From Raillietiella orientalis (taxonomy: Eukaryota): DNA of 64,000 bases. Position numbers and translations under genes: made by a program. This document shows, piece by piece, positions 47,580 to 58,099 of this stretch; within the stretch, counting starts at the first letter, position 1, and the number at the start of each line of letters is the position of its first letter. The stretch covers positions 62,001 through 126,000 of the forward strand of contig JAYWIR010000042.1 of assembly GCA_036172245.1 (NCBI GenBank). The letters run 5' to 3'. The notes beneath the pieces were generated by a model. The model searched no databases. It saw only the letters and a list, made by a program, of their open reading frames with translations, and was not told the DNA's origin.

Positions 47580-49790
47580 AATCGCCGCATTGGAACATCA
47601 GCCGGTTGAGCGACGGAGGCAGAAGACGAGACATCGCTGCCACCCTGCTATCCTTCGACCTCGTGCTCCTGAAAGAGGTCGACGTTATCTCTACAGAGCA
47701 GGAGAGAGATATCCATCGGATTGCCGGTGTCCAGCTGTTGCAGCTCCCGCCGGTCCTGCGGAGTGGCGTTCCTTCTTCAACCGGCCGTCGCGACGGCCGT
47801 GAAGGGCGTGCGCTTCGACGAGGGAGGTCGGGTAGGCCAACTGACACTCAGGTGATCCGACTCGATCGACTTTGTGGTTACGAACTTGTACGCCCTTAGC
47901 GGCTCAAGCAGAGCCCGGGAACGCAAGACGTTCTTCGAAACTCTGAGACGCGACTGGCTGTTTGTAGGAGACGTGTGGTAAGCGCATCTGGTAGCCCGAG
48001 ACTTCTCCAGGTCGGGATGCTGGTCTTGGCATCCTTACAATGGAGAGAATCGGATTGCAAGTGCAGTTCCGGATGCTCGCACTGTGTCGAGCTATAAACT
48101 TCCTCCCTGTGTGCGCCTGCGCGCATCTTCCTACGGAGGTGTGCAGGCAGTGAAGGACTTCTTTCCTTGGTGCCTGGCATGCGTCACAGGAAACAGGGAT
48201 TTGGGTATCCTTTGAAGCAAATCGCCACCCTGTTGAAAGCCAATACGTGGATTCCCTGCCGCCCAAGGAACTACGATGCTTGGCGGCAGGAATCCATTGA
48301 TTCTTGGGCTGCATTCCTAGGAATGAGCCGCGAAGATCTTCGCCCCCTGCGTCGATTCCAACCGTGGCCACTCCAAGATGTGATTCAGGACGAGGTGAAG
48401 TTTCCTTCCTGGCCTCCACGCCCCTCGCCGAAGATCTGTCTGCCCTCTAGGTGCGAGAAGACAGTAGCCAGCCGGCAAGGTGGGAGTTCTGCACCATCGC
48501 AGGAAGAACGAAACTACTCGGCGAATGGGACACGAGCGAGCTGGCGGATGCCGCCACTCCTCGTGCTACAGCAAAGGGATTACTTCGGTGGGCAGAAGCT
48601 CTTGGTGTTGCCCCCGAGGAACTTATAATCCCTCCCTGCTGTTTGGACGGTTCGGTGTTTCCCCTTGCATGGAAGCAAAACGTCTTCCTCTTCTTGCACT
48701 AGGGCTTGCGCCATAACGAGCGGCGCCACCGAGTTTCCGGTGGGGTGGCTTCTTCCTACTGTGCCCGGTGCGAGGTGATGGACTCGTTCCCGCACCTTGT
48801 TTTAGACTGCGGTGCCCTCGAGGAACTCTGGCGGAGGTTGGCAGCAGCACTTCTGTCACCGGAGGACACCGCCCGAGAAGAGCTGCGACAGTTCTTCCAA
48901 CTGCAAGGACTTTCGACGGCTGAGATGATTTCCCACAGTTGGTTGCGTCCGCGCCATCGTCACGGTCCGAGACGTGCTGGAGAACACTGGTCAGTGATGC
49001 TGTGTCACCAGGAAGGCAGCCGACTCCATCAGGGCGGCAGCTGGGTGGCGACACTTGAGTGAAAACGCAACGGAGGAGCTCACCGGCATCCATCGGCGGA
49101 TTAACAATGGTTTCGAACGAGGAACCCGGTGATCCACCCCCATTCCCTTTTAACTCCATTTTTGTTCTCGCGCCCTTCCTCCCATTCGCTTCGTAGTGCT
49201 TTTGGTGCTATCACTCTTTGATTTTCCCAGTGACTGCGGAGAGTCACCAAAGTTTTCTGGCCCATCCCTCCCATTTACACTTTTCTTTTTAGTTTGTAGT
49301 CCACCCTCCCCCATTCGTTCATGTTCTTCCGTTTTCCTGGCCTGCGTGCCAGTGGTGTATCTCCGTTGTTGGTTTCCGTAGTCGTTGGCTGGAAACAACT
49401 GTTTCCAGCTAGTTTATGTCAATAAATGTCCCGGCGTGACCGGGTAAGAAACTTCAGCCTTAAGCGAGCCCAGTGATTCTTGCCCTTCCCTCTACATATT
49501 TGTTTCTGCTTGTTTGTACTCGCATCTCCTTAGGCTCAGGAACTTTTCTGGTGCGCTTTGTTTTTATCCCGGTGAGTACAGAGCCTCACCAAAGACCCGT
49601 TACCCTTCCCTCCCGTTTTTGTTTTTGTTTTCCCTTTGTTCCTCCCATGTTGCGAGCTGTTTGCTCTCCCGGTCTGCATGCCGGTGGCTTCTCTTTGGCC
49701 TCTGTCGTTGTGTTGGTTGGGAACTCTGTCCCTGACCGGTTTATGAAAATAAACGCCCCGTCGTGACCGGGTGATAAACTTCAACCTCAA
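47580..49790 (+). mobile_element. Tx1/L1-clade non-LTR element E1, internally deleted ORF2 plus double 3' UTR
   Basis: APE N-terminus (WNISRLSDGGRRRDIAATLLSFDLVLLKEV; NLYALS...ERKTFFETL; VGD) jumps directly to a post-RT DAGLG-type motif at about 48015. C-terminal Cys/His motif CARCEVMDSFPHLVLDC, stop near 49151, then two 3' UTR units. Confidence 0.8.
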
Positions 49791-49794
49791 AACT

Positions 49795-51360
49795 CACTAT
49801 AGGATGCGGGGATTCGTCTGCCCCCTGAGGCAACTCGCCTCACTAGTGGAAGCCCCCCACGGATCTCCTGCCGCCCGAAGAACTTCAATGATTGGCAGCA
49901 GAAGGCTGTCGATTCCAAGAAATGCAGCCTGAAAACCTTCACCATTGGAAGTGGCGACGCAGGAAGAGGTCAAGTGGTTGAACCTGGCCACCATACTCCT
50001 AGCCGCAGCGTTGTCTGCGCTCAGGGCGAGAAGAGACAGTAGTTGACTGGCGAAGTGGGAGTTTTCCTGCACCATAGCAGGAAGCACAAAACTCCTTGGT
50101 GATTGGAAGACTCGCGAGCTGGTGAACGCTGCCACTCCGCGTGCTGTGGCGACGGGACACCTTCGATAGAGAGAACTTTTGAGTTTTGACCCTGAAGAAC
50201 TTGTGCTCCCTCCCTATAGTGTAGATAGTTCTTTGTTCCCCCTCGCCTGGAGGCAGACCGCACTGCTCTTCAACCACTGAGGATTCCAGTTTAACGAAGG
50301 GTGGCATCGACTTTCTGGAGAGGTTGCATCCCCGAACTGTGCCAGGGACGGGTCGACAGAGTCGACCCAACCAAACCTACTTCTGGACTGCGATGCCCTC
50401 CAAAAACTGTGGCGGAGGCTGGCAACAGCATTCCTGCAGCAGGAGGACATCGCCCGAGACGTGTTGCGGCGGTTCTTCGCTCCCGGAGGTCTCTCGATAG
50501 GCGCGATGGTCGCAACCATCGATTGCATTCGTGCCATCGTCACTGCCCGCCTTGTGCTCCAGACGACTGCGCAGAGAAGGGAAGTGACGAGGATGGCAGC
50601 AACCTACATCAGGAGGGCTGCAAGGTGGCCTCACCTGGAAGAGGAAGTCAAGGAGATCACTGGCATCCACCACCTGTTTGGAGCCGCGAACCCGGTGATC
50701 CTTGTCCCCTCCCTCCCTTAATATTTTTTTTCTTATCTCCCGTCCCCATTCGCTCCGTAACTTTCTTGGTGCTTTTTGTTTTTATTCCAGTGAATATGGA
50801 GCGAAACCAAAGTTCCCTGCCTCCCCCATGCACTTTGCTTGTTTTTGTAATCCCTTGTCTCTTCCCCGTTCCGGACTTTCTGTTTCCCGGTCTGCGTGCC
50901 GGTGCACCTTCCCCTTCTTTTTTTGCTGTTGTCTGTTGGGAACTGCGTCTTCCCAACTATTTTTTTTTTTTTTTTAATAAACATCACGGGGTGACCAGGT
51001 GGAAAACTTTAATCTTCGCTACCAGGAGGATTTGGGCGACCCTTGCTTCATCCCACATTTTATTTTATTTTATTTTCCTTATTACCCATCTCCATTTGCT
51101 CCACAACTTTCCTGGTTCTTTTTGTTTCTATCCCGGTGCCTCACAAAGCGAAGTCAAAGATCCCTGTCCCGTCCCACCCCATTTATTTATCGTTTTATCC
51201 TCGACACCTTCCCCTATTCCGAACTTACGTTATCCCGGTCTGAGTGTCGGTGGACCCTCTTCTTCGCTTCTTTTGTTGTAGGCTGGGAACTGCGTTCCCA
51301 ACTGATTTAGTTTTATACAAAATAAATACTCCGACGTGACCGGATGAGAAACTTCACTCT
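49795..51360 (+). mobile_element. Tx1/L1-clade element E2, 5'-truncated (ORF2 C-terminus plus double 3' UTR)
   Basis: DCDALQKLWRRLATAFLQQEDIARDVLRRFF aligns by eye with DCGALEELWRRLAAALLSPEDTAREELRQFF in E1. Stop at 50719-50721, followed by two 3' UTR units homologous to those of E1. Confidence 0.8.
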
Positions 51361-51364
51361 CCAT

Positions 51365-53978
51365 CTGCTATCAGGGGAGTCGAACGGACAGAACAACCCG
51401 GTCAACGAGGCGTGCGCGTCCGTGCACGCTCGTTTGTTCACCAGAGAGGTCGGGATGGCGAAAAGCATCGATCACGTGTTCCTCGACCTAGAACAGTTAA
51501 GAGGCCTCGTATGCAAATTTTACTCCTCCCTGTACGCAGAGGCACCCTACCAGCGCGACTCTGCAGAGCGTTTGTTGCCCGAGGGCATGTCGGCATTAGG
51601 GAAGGATGAACGGGAAAGCCTCGAAGAGCCTTTCACGATGGCAGAGATCATCTACACCATCGGAAAGCTCAAGAAGCGCAAAGTGCCAGGGGAAGACAGA
51701 CTGCCCGTGGAGTTTTACCTATGCTTTGTGACAGAGTTAGTCCCCCTGGTGTATCGACTATGCATGCAGATCCACGAACGGGGCGAGTTACCCGCCTCGT
51801 TCCGGTCAACAGGAGTACGTCTCCTACCCAAAACAGGAGACTTGCGCAACGTTGGCAATCGGCCGCCAATCACTGTAGTGAACGCGGACGGCAAGATGCC
51901 TACCAAACTGTGGGTGGAGCGGCTGGGACAGGTGGCCGGATCCGTGATCGGTCCGGAGCAGACGTACGCCGGAAGAATCATGGAGGCCAACTTGCTCCTC
52001 GCGAGCACATGGTGACATTTGCAACAGCGGGTTGTGCCAAGGGATCACGAGAGATTCCTGGGATTCCTGAGAGTTCCGGATTCTCTTCCGACCAGGAAGG
52101 GGAAGGTCACCAAGGATCAGACGCTCCTGGACCCTTGTGGTTGCAGTCTATTTGAGCAAAACTTTCGACTGAGTCGACCAGGAACTCCTTCTGGAGTTCC
52201 TGGAACGCATGCGATTCCCGAAGGTGTTCCTGTCCTACCTGCGCTCCTGCTGGCTCTTCGCGCTAATAAGTATCTGCTTCAGAGGCCGGCACGTACATGG
52301 CGTGCTCTCTCGCCGCGACGTAAGGCCAGGAGACAGCCTGAGCCTTCTGACCTTCAGCATTTACTTCGAGCTGGTGCTAAGAGCATACAGGGAGACACTG
52401 GTAACTCTGCCGAGCTCGTGTCCCGGCACGCCTGCCGTGTCGGCCTATGCAGATGATCTTCTGCTGCTGCTTTCCGGGTCCACCCTGGCGTCCGCTCTCG
52501 AAGCCTTCTTTGGACTGCTGCGCTGCGAGACGGGACTTGAGGTGAACAGGGCGAAACCGTCCATCGTGGCAGTTGTTACCGCGTGAGCCGGATGTCCGGA
52601 CTGGATTTGCTTGGGGATCCCCACGGGCAATTACATCAAATACCTTGCCGTTCCGTTGGGAGGCTTCTGCATAGCAGAAGCCTGGTCCGGCCGTCTCCAT
52701 GAAGTGGAAATGGCTCTCGGCAGGTTGTACTTCCCGGAACAGGCCGCGGTGTGAAACGCGTTTGCGGCTTGCCTCCTTCGCTTCCTTCTTCTTGCTTGCC
52801 CCAACCCTACGGCCACCCAAAAGAGGACCGATGGCCCCCTCAGAAATGCCCTGTGAGGCGCTGGGAGATTCAGAGTCTGCTTAAAAGACCTTTGTGCTTC
52901 CCGTAAGGATGGTGGATTGGGCCTCCTAATCCTGGAGAGAATGTGGCGTCAGCGCGGATTCCAAAAACTTGCTCTGGCTTCGAACCTTTAAATTACTCCT
53001 TGGCACGCTCCGGAAGAATCCTCGCCAAGCGGGCAACCGGTTGCGAGAGATTGACCTCGGTCGTCAAGGCCACCTAGCAAAGTTTGATCCATCTTGGCTA
53101 TCAACTTTGTTAAATGGTTGCCTTGGTGCAACAAAATCACTGGATCTCTGCCCTCCCCGAGAAATGGACTACTTGGCTGCGGGAATCCGTTTTCCGCCTG
53201 GGGTAAAGTCAAAGGCACGAGCAAGGGTGAATATATCTTCCTGCAAAACGGCAGATGCACTCGTCAGTGTTTGAGAGAGATTTTCGAAAGCACCAGGAAT
53301 CTGCTTCGGGCGTCGTTCACCCCCTTCGCCCCAGTGTTGCCCTCCCTACGGAAAGCATCAGACAGGGATCTTCCGGGTACTATGCCCGACTGCAGCAGGT
53401 GAGGGGAAAGAGAGTTCCTCCCACACCTGCTCGTTGATTGTGTTGCCCTCCGTCCGGGAACGTTTTGTCGCGTCTCTGCGAGGCCTCGAGGGCAACCCCA
53501 CAGACGTTTAAGGGGCCTCTTGCTGCTCTAGGCCATCTCGCCGGCCGCATCCCTAGCAGCACCATGCCTACGTGGGATCGTGGCTGCATGGAGCAACGCC
53601 AGAGGAGGCCACAACGACATGGACACCACTTATTCTGCTGTCTCTTTATGAGGATAGCGTCAAGATGGCCGATCCCATCTGGGAACCTCGAAACAGAAAC
53701 TTGTCGGCATCTTGCAAAGGATGCAGAGGACGCTCTCCAGCATCCGGTGATTCCATCCCGAACCCTCCTAATGTTCTCTGCATATTTTTTATTTTATTTT
53801 TTGTTGTTTCCCCTTCCCATCTGCTGCCGAAGTGAAATTCGGCGGCCTGGGTGCCGGTTTTCGGCAGGTTCCTTTTTGTATACATATGTAAAGTGGCAGG
53901 ACCAAGAGTCTTGACACTGGGCTGTATGTTTACTTTTATATAAGTAAACGTTCCGGCGCAACCGGGCATCAACCAAAA
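51365..53978 (+). mobile_element. Tx1/L1-clade element E3, 5'-truncated, with a disrupted reverse transcriptase
   Basis: RT motifs in order: FYSSLY, LEEPFTMAEI, KVPGEDRLPVEFY, LLPKTGDLRNVGNRPPITVVNAD, FD*VD, VRPGDSLS, SAYADDL, VNRAK, IKYLAVPL, RKDGGLG. Contains frameshifts and stops; 3' UTR ends about 53975. Confidence 0.93.
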
Positions 53979-56900
53979 AGCTGCCACCTCTCAGATGACT
54001 CCTCGTAGGAGGCGGCATATTGAGATATGAGGCATCCTCCATTCTTCTGGACACAGCAGCCTTTTTCATGTGCCTAGAGGCACGAGGCTTCCGTTGTTGC
54101 TTCCAGGTAGGTCATCAAGGTGGAGGGAGGCGTTTGGGCACCCCCTCTTATCCCACTTCTGTAAATGCTAGGGACATCTTCTGGAAAAGGAGAAGGAAGC
54201 ACACGATCTACTTGGAAACTGGGTGAATTCACTTGACAGAATGCAGGAGCCTAGAATGTTCGTTCACGCCATCCATCCTCCTCCATGAGCAAGTGTGATA
54301 TCAAAGACAGATAACAGACAATGTATGAGGTGATCCAAGGGGTCATGCATTACAATTCATGGGACAGCCACGTACCCTCTGCGGAAATCCGCTCCTCGAA
54401 ACCACCCTCCGCGACTGGCTTTGGCCTGAAGGAGTCGCTGTCAGTGAAACCTTCCTGCCTCTTGAACGCAGACAACCTGCCCATTGGGATTTGGGCGTAA
54501 TCGGAAAAACGCCTTCCGAGGTTTAGTCAGAGAAGCTCATGGAGCTTCCCAGAAGAATCAACCAGGACGCTCACGTCTCACCGCCCGGTATTCGGGCACA
54601 AAAAGGCGGATGGGAAGTGGGTGTTGTACTGGGGAGTCGCGATTTGCGGTAGAACTTTGGATGCCTTTGGATGGAAGTTCTTACCACAGGTTCTCTCCTG
54701 ATGGCACCTGACCTTCGAATCTGCGATCCTGAATTCCAATTCGCAGAGCAGCGAAGAAACTTTGCTCCCACGGAAAACGTTGGATGCAATTCAAGTAGCC
54801 AAGGCTGCTGCTGCTGCGCGGTCTTGAAGACGCCTTCTGAGAATGGGCTCTTGTAGTGTCGCGTTAAGCTGCCTTCTTTATATCTTCTATTACGTGTTCC
54901 TTCTTCTGCCCTTCTGGAGAGATTGCTGGGTGGCAACCTTCATTCTCCGAAAACTCTGCAAACCTCAAACCGAACGAAGAGGGAGCGGCTCCCAGGAAGA
55001 AACGGAACGGGAAAAACGCTGCCTTCGGACGGAAGAAGCAGACGTTTCCGCCCAGGCAGACGATCACGGGAAGAAGGGATTGAGGACCAGCAGTTCGCCT
55101 CGAAACTCGGAAAAAGAAATTCCCCTTCCAGAAACGACACGCTTCCGTTTCCAGAACAAGATTCCCATGTGGATTCAGTGCCTGGACAAGAATAGGGAGA
55201 GCAGGCAGACTCACACGAGCAAAGGTTCTCAGTTAATAAAGGTTCTGAGCAGCATCAAAGCATAAGAGATCGGGATAAGGAATAATGCTCTGTCTGGACG
55301 ATCCACCAGAACTTTGCTCTTGGAGGATAGGCAGGTAGTCAGGCTTTGAAGGAGAGTGACAGGATTCAGAAGACAGAAACCATCAACCATCCATGGGATT
55401 TTCATAAGCCCATCCTCCTCAGAGCAATGCTTGTTGTTGGCTTTCACGACTCTGATGGAACGTCAAGAATTGCTCAAGAACGGTACTTTACTAGTAACTC
55501 CATCTCGAGTGATCCGAAGATTTGCAGCCCCCGTACATAGCTCCTGTATTTTCCTATTTTCTTCGAGGCGTCTAACCATTTGCTTGAGAATTTAACACAG
55601 CGAGACTCGCAGATACTCTTCCCAAACAGCATGCAATTCGTTTCTGCTCCTCCGCTCAGGACTTCGTCTTCGTCCCCTCAAGAGTCAGATCCGCTATTGA
55701 TCATCGACCACAATGGTTGCTTTCGGCATCCGTGTGAACTCCCATATATATATTTTTTCCTTTTCTCTCTAGCTGGATGGGCGATTTATTCCTGGCGGGA
55801 GGCGGTTGTCGCGCTCGACCGTCGTTCGACCACAGACAACAGCTTTTGGGCTTAACGCGGGAGGCGTCTGACGTGATGTCTGCTTGAGCAGCATCCATCG
55901 CGGATCTTTTTTGATTTCCCAAGCATCGTCTTGCTCCATTTTTTATTTTGAGAACGACCGGCTAACATCAAACCTGTGAATTTCATGTTCAGAAGAGATC
56001 GTTTTTCCAAGTTCCAGACTCAAATCATCTTCTAAACACAACCACCTATCCATCTAAATAAATGATTGTCTGATTGATAGATTTATTAGCATTCAGCGAA
56101 AGATGTGAGCTTCCATTCTGCGGCCCTAGGACCGCCCCATTTCATTTGTGTCTAATGAACATTGATGGCCATCATTACTTCGGTCACTGGGTCGCCCTTT
56201 TCGTATCTGAGCGCGATTATCATTTCTCGGTTGGAGATGACTTTCTACAGATTATGCGGATTTCTTCCTTTTCCAGGAACCATTTTTTTATCTTCTTTGA
56301 CTCCATGCCATTGGTTTCTTTTCTTTTTCAGGATGCAAGGTTCATCCTGCAGCAAGGGACAGTGCTAGGGCAGGAGCCAGAACATGGTTTCTACGAGATC
56401 CGATAAGCCCGTTGGCTACATGGAGTGCTGTCGAGTAACCACACTTGGCTCGTGCCTGTGTGGTTCCTCGTGGGCAGGATAGAAAGCAGGCTTGAAAAAA
56501 TGGTTGCCACTGCGCTCACGAATCTCAAGGCATGTTGCACGAGGTTTGCCCATGTGACTATGGATTGTGCATGCTGGACATCTGCACACTGCGCAGCCAC
56601 CGAAGCTGAAGTCAGTCGTCCAACCGATTGGTCCCAATCACTAAAGTTGATGACTAATTTGAGAGATGGACTGAAATGCTCTCATTGGCATCCTGAATGG
56701 TCACCACCGTTTTCTCTCAGTAGACGCTTCCCGTACTTGCTATTTCTGGCAGGAGGATGTCCACCTTCAGCCTAATGGTAGCTGGTTCTTCGACACGAGG
56801 AGATTTCCCCTGGTATATCCACACCGGAGGCAACCTCAAGTTGCTCCATTTGTAGGGCTATCTGGGTCTGCATCTGCGCTATCACTTGGCACTTTTTTGT

Positions 56901-58099
56901 GGGGAACCGTTTATCAGTTGACTATCAAAAAGGACTCCGGTAAGGAAGTTGTTTATAATTCCATATCTCATTCAGAAAGGTCACGGACCGAAGTATACCT
57001 GGATCGTCCCCTCATCCCGAGACGTGAGGTGGGACCCGTTTTTGCGGGGAGGCAATCATCACATCTTCTGGCTTCGGAAGGATCTTTGGAAAGCTATCTT
57101 TAGAAAGAAACACTGCGCACTGACAAGATCCCACGAGATACATCATCTTCATCTTAGACAGTCTTTGTAGCTTCCGATCGCTGTGCTGCTCGTTCTTGAA
57201 GCTTCTGGCAATTATAATTCAGATTCTAATCGGAGAAAAACTCTGCACCTCATTTTCTGAGGTAGTGGAAAAGCCAACGGCGACTGACACATTTCCAATG
57301 CTCCTCCAGGGTTTGGAAAACCAGGTTTTTTTTTTTTTTTTTCTCGTTCTCTATCTCCTCCAGAGTAGAAAAACGGTCAGAAAAATCATGAGCAATGCCT
57401 TTTCTTCAGATGAATAATCTTCCTGAGTTGTGGTTAGAGAGATTTTTCTTACAAGAAGCAAATCCCGTGGTGGATGCTACTACCAAGCAAATTTAAAGTG
57501 CAACTTGCTAGTATCCTGCGCAGAATCAAGGAAACACAGATGACCCTTGCTCACTTGCGTCTTCGCACTTAAAAAGCCCAAGAGGCCAACTCTGCTGGCA
57601 AGCGATCTGGCTTCTCTCTGAACTATCTGGAATTCTTCTCCAGATTTCTGTAGGATTCAGTGCCCTGAGCTGCATCCCTTTGTTTCTCTTGCACGTTCAG
57701 TCTTGAAAGTCACAGCAAACACTTGGGTGTAACCCGCAGTGTCAGGGGAAAAGCAAAACGGGTGCCAGCCACATTCACTGCGGAGCAGAGTAAAGCGCAC
57801 TTCCGTGGATCGCACGATTTCCACTCTTAGTAAGGATCAGCCCTGCGTCATTCCTCCGAGCGAGTCACGCTCAGGATGCTCTTCGAGAGGTCCTGCTCAG
57901 AGTAGCGGCTGCTTTAGGTTCGATTTTTTGTGCGTTTCGTCGGACGGCGACCTCTTGAGGCTACCTGGTACTGCATTTTCATTCATAATGACTTTTCTGG
58001 AACGCGTGCTCTGTTCTGTTGCTAAAATACGGAAAAATTGTTGCCTTGCAACGACCCCTCATTTTTTTTTTTTTTTTTTTTCCGTTCCAATCTGACATA

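Noticed and set aside
52178..52203. 11-bp inverted repeat CCAGGAACTCC/GGAGTTCCTGG
   Set aside because: It falls inside RT coding sequence (DQELLLEFLE) and is likely coincidental.
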